Shown: positions 12,024-26,784, counted from the stretch's first letter. The stretch is 64,000 nucleotides of DNA from Octopus sinensis (GCF_006345805.1 NC_043012.1:44392001-44456000), one strand, 5' to 3'. Numbers and translations: made by a program. Notes: generated from the sequence alone by a model not told the origin.

Positions 12024-13809
12024 CTGACTAGCCATAACAACCTTCTAAGTATGTGTGTATATATCATTATCATCATCATTTCAACATTTACTTTTCCATG
12101 TTTGCATGGGTTGGACAAAATTGAATTACTTTATTGTGACAGTGTCTATATTCAGATGCCCTTCCTGTCCCCAGTTCTCACCTATTTCCAAGCAAGGTAA
12201 TATTGGTTTCAAATTTTGGCACAAGGCCAGCAAGTACAGGGGAGTGGGTAAGTCGATTATTTCATTAACCCTGAAAGGATGAAATATAAGGTTGGCCTCA
12301 GTGGAATTTGAACTCTGAACTTCAAGATGGGCACAATGTCACTAAACATTCTGCCCAGCATGCCAACGATTCTACCAGCTACTGCCTTCAAGTCAGGTAA
12401 TAGTTCTCCATGCCTAGACATATTGAAGGTGAATAACAACACCGCTTGTATGACAGTGATAATCATTTACAACTATCACATGATGTCAAGACAAGAAGAC
12501 ACAAACACACACACACACATATATATATATGTAATCTCTCTCTTTTTCTCTCTCTCCCTATATATATATATCTGTGTGTGTGTATACATATATATATATA
12601 TACATATCCAGCAGAGTAGCTAGTTCTAAAATCTCTATACGAGATGCAAGTAGTAACTCTACTGAAAAGTAACAGTTGTTACTACCTCAATAAGGTTGTT
12701 CCACACAGAACACTTACTACTTTTTATACACACACACACCACACACACATCTTTCAGTTTCCACCTACCAAATCCACTCGCAAGACTTTGGTCAGCCTTG
12801 GGATGTAGCAGAAGATATTTAAACAAGGTGCCACACAGTGGGAATGAACCCAGCACCATGTGGGTGGGATGCAAATTACTTACCACACAGTGATGCCTGC
12901 ACCACTATATACACGTGTGTATAAGCGTTCACCAACACAGCCACCATATCAACATCAAAACTAATACAACCGCTTCCATTACCAATATATCAATACCTTA
13001 ATACCATTTACTCTTTGTTTTAATACCTTAACAGCTAACAAAATCAGCAGCAATAATATGACAAAGGTAAGCAACCCCATTGAAAATAAAAGGCAATCAC
13101 ATAAGACGATGCAGTGTCCAAGTGTATTTGAAAACTTGAAAACGATGTTTCAATCTTCAGTCAATGAGGACTCATTTGAGACTAAACAACAACAACAATA
13201 AAATAGATAAGAACCATATAACTACCACCATTACAAACAATATCCCCACTATCACTAACTATAATCATGCTGTACTTCCTCCCATTTCATCCCTTCATTT
13301 TCTCATTGTCAGTCTTACATCCATAGGAATAAGACAATAACTTTTACTCTCACTAAATGGTATTTTCCTTGTGCAAAAGTTTTACTACATATTTGTTGTG
13401 GGTAATTATGGATTGCTGCTACTGTTGGGTTTACCTAAAGTTCAAGGTATCTGCAAAGAAGCCATTTAGAGAAACTGAAGGTAGTAGTGTGAATGTGGAC
13501 TGTTAAATGGATTACACTAGATGTTAAATTTGATGTTTTAGGAAGGCTTCATGCAGGAGAAAAAAAATCAGTCACAATGCTGGTTTAGCATTCTGTCAAT
13601 TGTAATTCTTATTTATTCACATTATTTTGAATTAATCATGCTTTATCATTTGAATTAATCATGCTTTATGGTAGCTTTATGATTTCGGTGACATTACTGT
13701 TTATTTTTAGAATGACATTGAAGGGTAGGTGTAAGAGGCTGGATCTGGCCAGTTAGAACATAAAGCAGGAAGAATATTTGGCCATATTATAATGCTAAAG
13801 GATTAAGAA

Positions 13810-14480
13810 GTGTTTGGATTTGCACAACATAAAAATGACTGGTGAGGATACAAAGGTTACTGTTAATTATCCTGAGCAGCTGAAAGAAGTGGTTGAGAAA
13901 GGGGTCGCACACCAGAACCAGTATAACATATTGCTGACACTGCACTTTACTAGATTTCTGAGAGGGAATGCCACTGGTGATCTGAAATTATTCAATGTAT
14001 CAGTCTGAAAATCTAGAGTTGATACTTTAAGATATATTGTCTTTCAAACAACTTACAAAAGCAATTGACATGAAGGATAAACCAGTCATGAGAAGAAGTG
14101 AATGGTACAAAGAAAAATATATGGTCAGATTGTATCAGTGGCTTTACAAGATTTCTGCAGGCAGACAGTTTACATAAATCTTGGAAAGATAATATGACAC
14201 TTGCAAGTGATTTAAGCTTTAAAGAAGTCATAGCAAATAATGTTGTTGTGCTGCTAATATCCCATAGAGAAAGTTTATCTAACAAGGAACTGCTGCTATA
14301 AGAATAAGAACAAACTTGAGAATACAGAAATTCTTCCAGCTTCACCTAAATTGATTGTAAAGGATATTGCTAAAGAGTTGGGTATTCAAAGATGAAACTT
14401 TACAAGCTTTTGCTGATAACAATCTTAATTGTGAATGTAACAAAAATTATAAGAGAAGTTCATGTGCTGTATGTATATGT
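13810..14480 (+). mobile_element. Decayed pogo/Tigger-type DNA transposase fragment
   Basis: LHNIKMTGE...YPEQLKEVVEKG (13814-14008) and MNGTKKNIWSDCISGF...LLISHRESLSNKELL (14098-14301) resemble the N- and C-terminal Tigger motifs. The DDE core is deleted or disrupted. Confidence 0.7.
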
Positions 14481-15427
14481 ATATGACATATGCATATAAA
14501 TATTCATAGATATCTAGATATGATTCAATCAAATTTTACTTGAAAACTTTTCATATTTGAGTGAAGTTTATATTGGTGGTCTTTCAGGTGATACCTTATT
14601 TAAAACTGTTTCTTTAAAAGAAATCTAGTCTTCACAATTGATGTAATTACCACTGAGTTTTTGTATAAGCTTTGTATAATTATAAACATGTAAATATCTG
14701 TGGATGTCTTGAGGCTGCATATATTTACAACTTTATTGTATTTATTAATATGCATACATGAAAGAATATGTTTAACACGTGAAGCTTGACGGGCCACAAT
14801 CGTGGCCATCAGGTACAGGTCAATAGGCCACGATTGTAGCCCAGCTAGATGAATTTATGGGCATTTGTTGGGGGTCAACTGTCATTCAAAAGCTCCAATA
14901 CCCACCAGAATGCAAGAGGACTAATAGTTCAACTAGTGACTATCCAGATGATGTCAAACTTGCCACCATTATATACTAAGAAGATATTTTGACTATTTTT
15001 TTTTGTTTTTTTTATGTGCATGGTTGTTTCATTTTCATAAGATGTGCTCAGCAGTCCATGCTATGTAAGTGCAAATCCCAGCGCTTCATAGGTTAAGCAA
15101 ATTCATATATTGCTCCGCTACTTATGTTAGGACAGCTATCTAATACACGTGATTCCTGCCATCCCTGAAAAGCAAATGTATTAGATCTTTTTTACCTATG
15201 GACCCTTTTCATTCCTATTTTACTTTGGTGGACCTTCATAGCCATTTGATGTTCTAGAATAGAACATTTTTGTAATTAAATATGGTTAGAAATTTTATTT
15301 CAAAATTGTTAAAATATTTTGTGTACTGTAAAAGTATAAGCAATTTATTGCACAGAAATTTTAACAGCAAATTCTAATATGGACGTCCAAGGGCCATAGG
15401 GAACTACTGTAATTAGAAACCCTGTTG

Positions 15428-15506
<79 letters not shown>

Positions 15507-16333
15507 GTATGTATTATGTATATGAAACACATATGTACATAATGTTGTGTGCGTGTATGTGTGTGCGTGCGTGTGTGTGCATATGTATATATGTATACAC
15601 TCATTGAATAAAGTTCGAGTGCGAAAATAGCCAAAAATGTTTCCGCAGTTATGTCCCTTCACTAATTCGTATGTTTCCGTAATGTTTCGGTGCGTTAAGG
15701 TTATTTCCCGGTTTTGGATATTTGCATAGATAAAAGGTGGGGAATTGGCGAAATCAGTTGTGGTTCGGACAGGCGCCCTGAGATATTTGTTTTGGTTCGT
15801 TACATTCTGGGTTTAAATCCATCTGAAGCCAATTCTGCTTTTCATAATTTAGTGCACTTAATCTGTACCAGTGTGCAGTAATCTAGAATGGTGAAGTACA
15901 ACCCCCCCCCAACACCGCGCCTAATAAAAGGGGAAGGGATACACAAGGTGGGGCTGACTGTTATTAGTTAAAACATTATTATTTGTAACACAGTCCAACT
16001 TATAAACAATCACTCATGCTGTCTCGCTTTCTCCCTCGCTCTGTCTCCGTTTCACTTCCTCTCGGTCAAATGGACCTCGTTAAAAAATAAGTGTAAGGCA
16101 AAATTAAAAGAATGACCGATGTTGGAACAAATATTTTGTACAATTAATGATCTTTCTAATGGTCACTCAACCATGAATTTGAAGTAAACCAATTATTTAG
16201 CTGTCCTCAAGTTTGGCATGATGCCAAGTGACCTTAATTTCTCTACTATTTGTAATTCTGCCATGCATACATACATCTGTCTCCATATTTTTCTCCCTCT
16301 CCCGTTTTTCATATCTATCCATCTATCTATCTA

Positions 16334-16561
16334 TGGCGAGCTGGCAGAACCGTTAGCACGCCGGCCGAAATGCGTTGCTGTATTTCGTCTGCCGTTACGT
16401 TCTGAGTTCAAATTCCGCCGAGGTCGACTTTGCCTTTCATCGTTTCGGGGTCGATAAATTAAGGACCAGTTACGCACTGGGGTCGATGTAATCGACTTAA
16501 TACCTATGTCTGTCCTTGTTTGTCCCTTCTATGTTTAGTCCCTTGTGGGTAATAAAGAAAC
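16334..16561 (+). mobile_element. tRNA-derived SINE family B, young copy with tail type i
   Basis: Head GGCGAGCTGGCAGAACCGTTAGC...GAGTTCAAATTCC, core TTTGCCTTTCATCGTTTCGGGGTCGATAAATTAAG, tail CCCTTGTGGGTAATAAAGAAA. About 15 relatives lie at ~12.2, 40.0-40.65, 41.2, 43.1-43.95, 46.0, 57.9, 58.6, 60.8 and 62.2-62.7 kb. Confidence 0.85.
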
Positions 16562-16764
16562 ATATCTATCTATCCTAGATGATTACTGAAAGAAGCCAGT
16601 TGGAAGGTTTTTCAGTTTCTGCCTTCCAGATCCACTTGCAAGGTTTTGGTCGGCCAAGGCAATAGTAGAAGACATTCTCCCAAGGTGCCATGCATTGGGA
16701 CTGAACCAGAGCCATGTGGTTGGGAAGCAAGCTTCTTACCACACACACAGATCCGTCCATCTTT

Positions 16765-17160
16765 CTTTCTTTTACTTGTTTCAGTCATTTGACAACAGAC
16801 ATGCTGGGACGCCACCTTGAGGAATTACAGTCAAACAAATTGATCCCAGTACATTTTTTTTCTCAAAGTCTGGTACTTATTCTATCAGTCTTTTTATTTT
16901 TTTTGCCGTAATGCCAAGTTACAGGGACGTTAACACATCAACACTGGTTGTCTGGACAGTGCTGCCACAGACACTATTACACACATAAATATATACATAT
17001 ATATAACGGGCTTCTTTCAGTTTCTGTCTACCAAATCCACTCACAAGGTTTTGGTCAGCCCAAGGCTATAGTAGAAGACACTTGCCCAAAGTGCCACACA
17101 TTAGGACTGAACCCAGAACCATGTAGTTGGGAAGCAAACTTCTTACCACACAGCCGTACC
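16765..17160 (-). mobile_element. SINE family A, full-length older copy
   Basis: Same head/CORE/tail order as 29,705-30,107. Other copies or fragments lie at ~0.67, 1.1, 1.6, 3.07, 5.4, 6.2, 12.7, 16.6, 17.75, 19.25, 22.1, 23.6, 30.3, 34.1, 38.3, 50.45, 53.4, 57.0 and 57.1 kb. Confidence 0.85.
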
Positions 17161-20100
17161 TACACAGACACACACACACACACACATGCAACCCAGCTAT
17201 GTTCCCTCCCATCATTCTGTTGATGCCGAAGTTAGTAAATTCTCCACTTTTCTCCTTATGACAATAACTTGCAACCTGAAGAAAAGCTAAGCTAAATACA
17301 TATATATGTTAAACCTTTGAGTTACATAACACATATTACGATTGACTTGGAAACTTGTATGGATTTACCTTCTCCATTCCTTGTACCTATCAAAATATAT
17401 ATATATATATATATATATACAACCATTCCACCCATGCTAGCATGGAACATGGACATTAAATGATGTTGATGATATATATATATACAGTACATACATAGAC
17501 AGTTGCATACGGAAGTGCTGATCACTTAAAGTGGAAGGAACTTGTGGAAGATGGAGACCCAGCAAGACATGGCACAAAGTACCGAAGGCCAATCTCAAGA
17601 CACTGAGGCTTATGAAGGAGATAACAAAGGACCAGGATATTGGGAGCCGGTACCATGTAAAAAGCACTTGTGCAGGTATCACGTAAGAAGCACCCAGTAC
17701 ACTCTCTAAAGTGGTTGACAGAAGGGGTTTCCAGCCATAGAGACCATACCGGAACAAGATGCCACTCAGTGGGACTGAACCCAGAACCATGTGGTTGGTA
17801 AGCAAGCTACTTACCACACAGCCACTCCTACACCTATAAGCTATTTTTCAAGTGTTTGGCTTAAATATAACCAAGTTTTAAAAATAACTGAAGTTACTTT
17901 CCTAATTTAAGTAACTTGATCTCTTTACAACTGTATCTGCTTTGAGCATCTTTTCTTTCATTTCCAGGTAACAAGGAGACTGCTCTGCCAGTTATTGGTA
18001 AAGACATCTCCTTGTATAACGTGGTTGACTGCATGAGTGACTCACACGTATTCTCCACAGGATATTTTTAGCACTCCATCAACCATCCCTGATCCTCCAG
18101 CTGCTTTCCTTACCTTCATGTCCTTTATGGCCCTTTTGATGTTAACAGTGCATTTAGCTGTTAGATGTACTGGAAATAGTCATCACCTCTCTCTCTCTTG
18201 CTCTTTCATGCACTCTAATAATCTCTCTCACATTAACAATTCCATACCTTTTCAGTGAGGATGAATGAACCACTATTATTTTGTACACTTCACCAATGAT
18301 GTCCTGATCGAATTGTGTGACTTTTGCTCACTTTGTCAGTCATGTAAGACAACCATCTATGAAGCAGTCACAGATTCTGCCAGCTCTCTTACCTCCAAAA
18401 CTGCAGTCAATCCTTTTGTTTCATTCCCAAGAGGATCTCTACCAACTTTCTTGAATCTTCCTTCCCACCACTTTCAACCAGGATAACTTCATAAACAGTT
18501 TTCCTGCAGTGAAAGTTTCTACATTTGCTGTCCAATTTGGATCCTACTCCATATTGCACACACATGGCAAAACTCTATGAAATCTTTCTCCATTCCACCT
18601 GTGTTACCATCTATGTATACAATTCATGCCAAGTGTAGAAACATCTCCAAGTATAAACCAACTGGCTACTGACTCCAAATAAATAACATTATATATATAT
18701 CTAAGAAAAAAATAATCAAAAACACACTTTGTGAAACATGGACATACAAACGGTGTCATCATCATCTTTTAACGCTTGTTTTCCATGCTGGCATGGGTTG
18801 GATGGTTTGACCAAAGCTGTCAAGGGAGCCGCACCAGGTTCCAGTTTGATTTGGCTTGTTTTCTACAGTTGGATGCCTTTCCTAATACCAACCACTTTAT
18901 AGTGTGTGCTGGGTATTTTTAATGTGACATTGGTATGCAATGTTAATTTGAACCAAATTTCATTAACTGTGTAGGCTGGTATAAAATAACTATTTATTAG
19001 GATTGATCTTCAGTGAGATTAAATGTTATAAACCTTGACTTTCAAAGTGTTTGAGTAGAAAAACTCTGAAAGTTGAGTTGTGTGACAAACTCAATTTCAG
19101 TTTCAACAGGAAAAGAACCATATCCTCTACAACATGTATTGAGAACTTCTCCCGTTCATCCAACATAAACTAAACATACATATGAGTGTGATGTATTTAT
19201 ATGATATAATTTGATTTATCTTGAGGAGAAAGATTAGGTCCTTTCTTTTATCTTTTCTTTTACTTGTTACATTCATTAGGCTGTGGCCATGCTGGGGCAC
19301 AGCCATGAAGAGTTTTAGTCAAACAAATCAACCCAGTACTTACTTTTTTTAAAAACCTGGTACTTATTCTATCAGTCTCTTTTACTGAGCTACTAAGTTA
19401 TGAGGGACGTAAACATACCAACACCAGTTATCAAGAGGTGGTGGAGGACACACAGAGGTCAGCCTGAGGCTAGACACTTGACCAAGGTGCCATGCAGTGG
19501 GACTCAACCCAGAACCTTGTGGTTGAGTAAGATAAGTAAGATAAATGAAGATTATCTCTTAGAAAGGCATACACTTCATAACTTCCCTTTCTGCCTCTGT
19601 CGTAAATATGAGGTTTTCTGCATGTAAAAGAAACCTTTCTATATATTAGTACTGAACTCTAGTAGTAATAGTAGTGTCAAGAATGGTAGCTGTTGTTTAA
19701 CCCTGGGTAATCCTTGATAGAGTAGATCTATCGTCAGAGACGTTCTTGCCGTGATTATCCTGTATTTTTGAATATCTACATTGTTCACATATAGCCTTCT
19801 GTGTTTTAACAATGTATGCTTGAGGAATATTCGGCTGCTATTTCTAGCAGGTCAAACTGCTGTATAATGTCAGTAGTAGTAGCAGTGGTTGAACACAGAA
19901 GCAGTAAGAGTAAATGACAGCAGCAGGAGTAACATTAATAGTAGTAATAGCAGTTATAGAAGTAGTGTTTTCTGTTTATTTCGTGATTTTCAAAAATCAA
20001 TACCAAACGGATATTTTACCAGCACATCTCTGAACTCTCAACACAATGCTTGCAGTTTTGAAGCCGGCATTTTTATAAAGGGGGTAAAAAGGAGCCATAT

Positions 20101-20173
20101 ACTATTTCGTTGTGTGGAGATCTGTGTGTTTACTTGTGTAATTCATAAAACACACACATACACGCACACATAG

Positions 20174-20218
<45 letters not shown>

Positions 20219-22496
20219 CTATATGCGTGTGTAAGCGCGTGCGTGTATTTTCTGCGTTGTGGAACTAACCTTCTTGGATACTTATACCGGTCATTCTCCC
20301 TTACTGGATTTTCCGTTATTCCTCAGGTAAATATCGATATATATCTATCTATAATAAGAGAGTATTCCCCTCCACCCACCAGCTTTCGTCATAGATGTAT
20401 TTGTCAATCTATTTATTTACCTCGAAAGCTAGTGTTAGGGATCGTTTCTATGGCCAGTACAGCCATCTCCTGCCATGAAATATCTTTGGGATTATTTTCA
20501 AGCTTGACCGAAAACTATATTAGATCATATTTTCGATCAAATCTGATTATTCATTTTATTAAATCTATTTATTTTGATATTTCGATTTAATTACTCTTTC
20601 TTTTCGTAGCTTTCCATTCTAGTTCGATTAGAAAAACAATGTGCGCGTCAGTTGAAACCCTTCTAATGTATGTCTATCTTAAACCTGACATGTTCTTGCT
20701 ATCGTTCTAATTTGCCTGAATATCATAATGTCTGATTAACTATTTTCTACCTCTTAGTCTATTTCTTTCCCCTCTTCGCCCCCTCTTTCTTTTTACACAC
20801 ACACACACACACGTATATACACATACCCACACGCATTCAGTTGTATTTCTTTTGTTACGCATTGTACTTTACCTAGTATTTATATCTAGGCTTTACCTTG
20901 TCTGTGTTTTTATTTACTGTTATGGTTAGCTAATACATACCGATTAATACACTCACACTGTGCTCACTATGATAAATATATACTGCTGTTTAACAGATTT
21001 CTCACATAGCAATGAAGCCTGGGGTCGTTTTCTGCACACACACACACAAACGGTTTGTCATTTGCTAGTAAAGTGATTTATTCTGACATTATGCACTATT
21101 ATAGACCTACCGCTGGGCGGTCGTCGTTCGACTTAGTAAAAAAATAGTAATAATAACCAGATTCCTTCGTACATCCTTTCTTAGGGCTTTACAAAAAAAG
21201 TCGAGATCATCACGACTGAAATGCCTTTCAATACAGGTCTGCTCGATCAGATCAGATCAGAACTGAAGCTAAATAATGACAATCAACAGACATGAAAACA
21301 TTACAAACACATCATATCAATTAGGTTTCGTTCCTTGTTCGTTTAACCTACAAAACAAGTTGTTTGGTGAATGACGTTCAGAGCGACACACTACAACACA
21401 ACCCCCACTCATCGCTACCAGCATCAACAGCACCATCACCAACCTTTTTTAAACCATGCCTATGTTCGTCTGGCCTCTTCAAACGATTGACCGGTTCGGA
21501 CATATAGGACAGTCCATTGCCATCAGAGGTGGATATGTCAACGATGTTTAGACTCCGCCTCTCTCTCTCTCCCCCCTGGTAGGACGGGCACCGTTTCAGA
21601 AGTTTAACTACATAGACTCATTCATACATATACACTGCACCATTATTGATTTCTTGCGTAGGCATTATTGATTTGTTACGTATGGGTAGGTGAAAATGAG
21701 ATTATGGGACTTTCATGCCTTTCTCAAGAGCTCTAGTGACATAAAAGAATGCTGATACGTCTCGTCTGGAGATTGATCGATTATACCTTTTATTCTTCGG
21801 AGCTATTTACACACTGCGCCAAGATTAATGACATTCTAGCAGACACCGACCATAATTCTAACCCCCCCCTCCATCCATTCACCTATTATTTTACACCTAC
21901 GTGGACTTTACACCGTCTTCATTACCCGTTTACTCCTACATATTCTCTCTCCATCCTTTCCTCTCACCTGCTTAAACACCCACTCTTGACGCCATCCGGA
22001 AAACATCAACATATTCAGAAGTAAACAATGCAGTTATTTTGTGTGTGTGTGTGTGTGTGTGTGTATATACACATCCCCCCTCTCACTCTCTGTGTGTATA
22101 TATATGTGTGTGTTTATCTTTTTCCTCTTTTTCCCTGTTTCAATCATTAGACAGCGGCCATGCAGGGGCACCACTTTGAAGAATTTTAGTCAAACAAATC
22201 GATCCTAGAACTTATTCTATCAGTCTCTTTTTGCCGAATCTCTAGTTTACGGGGACGTAAACACAGCAACGCCAGTTGTCAAGCGGTGGTGAGGGACAAA
22301 CAGACACAAAGACATACACAAACATAGATATATATATATATATACCACAGGCTTCTTTCAGTTTCCATCTGCCAAATCCACTCACAAGGCCTTTGGTTGG
22401 TATGGAGCTATAGCAGAAGACACTTGCCCAAGGTGCCTGAACCCGTGGTTGGGAAGCAAACTTCTTTCCACACAGCCACACCTGTCGTATATATAT

Positions 22497-22538
<42 letters not shown>

Positions 22539-22729
22539 ATATTCCATGTAATATAGATTGACTTCTCATAATCATAATGTGGTTAGCTTGAGTGACTTTA
22601 AGGCTTGTGAAATTGGGAAATTCGACATTCATACCTTTCCCAAGAGCATTACTGACATAAGTGAAATGACTTCACTGACTTAATCTTTCTCCCAGAACTT
22701 ATATCATCATCATCATCAGCTACATTTAA

Positions 22730-22948
22730 CCCTTTAGTGTTCAGATTATTCTATCAAACATAATGCCTATTGACTCCCATTGATTTGAATTAATCATGCA
22801 TTATCTCATATCTTCAAGATCTTGATGGTGTAATTACTTAATGTAGAATAACATTGTAGGGTATGTGTGAGGGCCTGGATCTGGTCAGTTTGAACATAAA
22901 ACAGATTAAATATTTTGGCCGGATATGGCCGGTTTAAATACTAAAGGG
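22730..22948. mobile_element. piggyBac-type MITE with TTAA target duplication
   Basis: TTAA-CCCTTTAG...CTAAAGGG-TTAA. Relatives lie at ~13,565-13,807, 29,051-29,275, 31,159-31,732 and ~47,290-47,470. Confidence 0.85.
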
Positions 22949-24027
22949 TTAATGTCCATTTTCTCTCCTGGCATGGGTTGGACAGTTTGACAGGATCTGG
23001 CTAGTCATCGGGTCACATCAAAGTCCATTGACTTGACTGCTTTGGCATGGTTTTCAGAGCTGGATGTCCTTCCTAATGTCAACCACTTTACAGAGTGCAT
23101 TGGATGCTTTTCTCCAGCCACCGGTATTAGTGAGGTTTCCAAGTAACTAGCAAGGTAAGAAAAGAACATGATGTTGGAAAAAGAAGGGAAAAGAAAAGAA
23201 GGCAAAAGTCTCCTTGACAAAATGGGAAGGAGTTAGTATTTGAAAGGGGGAAGAGGGTCAATGATTCTATACCAGGTGTTGTAAAAACAAGCCCAGATGT
23301 CTTGCAGCAGAAATACTAGGCCACTCCCACACACCCACATTATATAAGGGTAGATGGGTGTGCTGGAAAGCTAGAAAGAAGATGGAAGTGGTGGTGGGAT
23401 GCTTGAACATCTTAAGATACAAGGTGTAAGAGGGGATCATGGGTGGTGGGGATAGAGGGGAAAATTTCACAAGTGTGTGAGGAGAGAGGGTTAGAGATGA
23501 GGTGGGCATGAATGTAGTGAGAGATATAGGGGGTGGGGCTCGTGGTGGGGTGGGTCTATGGTTAGGCACAGGTATGGTTGTGTGGTAAGACGCTTGTTTC
23601 CCAACTACATGCTTCATGGTTCAGTCCCACTGTGTGGCACCTTTGGCAAGAATCTTCTATTCTAGCTGCAAGCTGACCAAAGACTTGTGAGTGGATTTGG
23701 TAGAAACTGAAAGAAGCCTCTCATATATATGTGTGTGGGGGGGGTGCCTTTCACCAGTGTTGGTGTGTTTATGTCCCCTTTATGATTTAACAAAAGATGC
23801 CTTAGTGGTTTGACAAAAGACAGCAATAGAATAAGTAGCTGGCTTTAAAAAAAGTACTAGGGTCAATTCATATGAGTAAAATTCTTCAAGGTTGTGTCCC
23901 AAAATGTCTGCAATCTAAGGACTGGAACAAATAGGAGATAGAAGACAAGTGGGGCATGGTGAAAAATATGAGAGGGCATTGAGAGTGATAGCAGATAAGA
24001 GAGGTATTCAGAATGGAGTATAGAAGA

Positions 24028-24081
<54 letters not shown>

Positions 24082-24399
24082 AATGGCTGAAGGCACAGAA
24101 AGGTCATGAATGTTAAAAATAGTGTGGGCAGGGATGGGGAAATGGAAGTGAAGCAGTAGGGGAGGGGATGTAATGTGTGCTCTCAGATGATTACAGTAGC
24201 CAAGTAGAACAAAAGATAGAGAAGTGATGGGTGTTAAGCAATGAGATGTGGGGGAAATGCTTGATAGAACAGAGAGAGAGAGTTGAGTGGGGTGGTCATG
24301 GACCCCTTCCTTCCTATGTACAAGCATAACCAAAATATGTGTTAGGATATCATTTCTGCTGTGGTGGATGGCTTTTTTCAAACACAGCAAATCACCAAT

Positions 24400-24835
24400 C
24401 ATCATATTCTTTTGTCATTTCCTTCATAAGGTTCAGCATCTTGAGACAGCCTTCACTACTTCATCCCAGGTCTTTCTGGATTTCTTTCTTCCGCAGGTTT
24501 CACCTAATTTAAGCAATCAGCTCTTCTTTACACAGCTGTCATCTCCATATTCATCACATAATCAAACCAGTGCAGTCTTCTCTCTTGCATGCGATTTCTG
24601 TTTCTTCTTATGCCTTAATTTTCCCTCTCAGTACATTAACATTTTGTCATACATGCATACTGTAATTGCACATCCAATGGAATAAATATGCTAGCTTCAT
24701 TCCTCTCTAGTCTTTGCATATTCACTGCATTCAGGGCCCTACCATGTAGCATTGCCCTTTGTACACAAGCATCATACAATCTCTCACTTGCAGAGACCCT
24801 TTTGTTGATAAGCAAGGTAATAGCTCTCTGAATTT
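24400..24835 (-). mobile_element. RTE-clade LINE 3' coding fragment, decayed
   Basis: Translation gives RKFRELLP...LYDACVQRAML...QRLERNEAS and ERRLHWFDYVM...RKTWDEVVK. Shorter relatives lie at ~17,510-17,650 (+), 40,690-40,810, 42,800-43,020 and 52,480-52,625 (-). Confidence 0.75.
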
Positions 24836-24908
24836 TCTATATGTATGTATATATGCATCTATATACTTATATATATATATATATATTATATATATATATA
24901 TACATACA

Positions 24909-25180
24909 CCAGCGCTGCCTTGACTGGCTTCCATGCTGGTGGCACATAAAAAGCACCAATCCGATTGTGGCCATTGCCAGCCTCTCCTGGCACCTGTGCC
25001 GGTGGCACGTAAAAAGCACCCACTACACTCACGGAGTAGTTGGCATTAGGAAGGGCATCCAGCTGTAGAAACACTGCCAGATCAGACTGGAGCCTGGTGC
25101 AGCCTCCTGGCTTCCCAGACCCTGGTCAAACCATCCAACCCATGCTAGCATGGAAAACGAACGTTAAACGATGATGATGA
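24909..25180 (+). mobile_element. RTE-related non-autonomous repeat (family C) with (GAT)n tail
   Basis: Contains GTTGGCATTAGGAAGGGCATCCAGCTGTAGAAAC and ends CCATCCAACCCATGCTAGCATGGAAAACGAACGTTAAACGATGATGATGA. More than 12 partial copies lie at, for example, 5.6, 10.3, 17.4, 18.8, 23.0, 42.35, 50.6, 52.3 and 56.1 kb. Confidence 0.75.
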
Positions 25181-25234
25181 CTCAAGCTGGTGTGCCAGCA
25201 AAGCCACTGTCTAATGACTAAAACAAGTAAAAGG

Positions 25235-25297
<63 letters not shown>

Positions 25298-25304
25298 TAT
25301 GTAT

Positions 25305-25385
<81 letters not shown>

Positions 25386-25958
25386 TATATACTATCTATT
25401 TTCCATGCTGGCATGGGTTGGTTATCCTTTTAATTTTTCTGAGCAAATGCCTCAGAGTGCACTCATAAAAGCTCCAGTGCGTATTGTTGTTGGCTACCAC
25501 CTGTTATTACTATCTTACAGAGTAATCCTATGGGATGGTTATACATGTGGAACTCCTTACAGCTTAGGATAAATATAATAATAACATGAATGACTTGTGG
25601 ATGGAAAGTTTTAGACTTTGTATATGTATTGCAACATCTGTTTCTGCATCCCACTTATTCATTCGTGAGGACATTTTCATATTCACAGGATATTATTTAT
25701 ATTTATGAATCTTGAGTATGCCTTCATTACATGTGACTGCTTCTTTGGGCATTTACATTAATGTCTTTTTGCTAGATCGATGTTTACACTCAAAGACATT
25801 TACCATTTTCACCAATCAGGAAACTCCATTAAATTTCTGGCTGTTACTTGTGAATCATCACAGCTTACCAAAGACAGAGACAAAAACAAAGGAGACAAAG
25901 AAAAGAAACATTGAGCATTACTTGTGGTTCATCACATCAAGCCTAAGACAAGATATAT

Positions 25959-25992
<34 letters not shown>

Positions 25993-26286
25993 GTTATCCG
26001 TAATAATGAAGGGTGAAATTAATTAATTTGGAAAAATTATCAATTACACCAAGTAGTCTTCGGCATGTAAAAGCCTCATTCGAGGAAAATTTAAGTAATA
26101 CTAAGCAATAAGGGTTTAGCAACGAGTTGCCTTACCACATACCGAATTTAGAAATAGCAGTCAAAGGGTTATAGCTATTTCTTCTACTAAAAAGGGAGAT
26201 CTCAGTAAAAACAGCATTTGGAAGGCAGACACAAACAGGTAAGAGAGAATGAATTGACTGCAATCTATCATACATTTTTTTAGTTA

Positions 26287-26393
26287 TCCACGGACGTACG
26301 TTTCGAAATCAAGTTTTTAGGAAAGCATAAGAATTAAATATTAAATATTAAATAATTCTATCTTACCGAAACTTCTTTTCTCTTCAGCGTAGA
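26287..26393 (-). ncRNA. Type I hammerhead ribozyme, copy 1 of the 600-bp unit
   Basis: Reverse complement of the motif at 26,785-26,891, identical in sequence. Confidence 0.8.
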
Positions 26394-26784
26394 ATACTAT
26401 AATCATAAATGATTATATATTGAATTTTGAGATACCAGAAGGCACCAACTCAACTCAGTATCAGAGCGAGCTAGAATCCGCAACTGGTATCACCGAATTC
26501 AATTTGTGAATGAAACGATTGTGTCAACAGCCCCTTCCCACCCGCGTGTAGCCAAAACAAGATGCTGTGGTCATCTACTGAGATAAAATATGGTTATCCG
26601 TAATAATGAAGGGTGAAATTAATTAATTTGGAAAAATTATCAATTACACCAAGTAGTCTTCGGCATGTAAAAGCCTCATTCGAGGAAAATTTAAGTAATA
26701 CTAAGCAATAAGGGTTTAGCAACGAGTTGCCTTACCACATACCGAATTTAGAAATAGCAGTCAAAGGGTTTATGATTATAGTAT

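Noticed and set aside
14791-14842. 17-bp inverted repeat with an 18-nt spacer
   Set aside because: It is short and isolated, and most simply a transposon-end remnant. No function can be supported.
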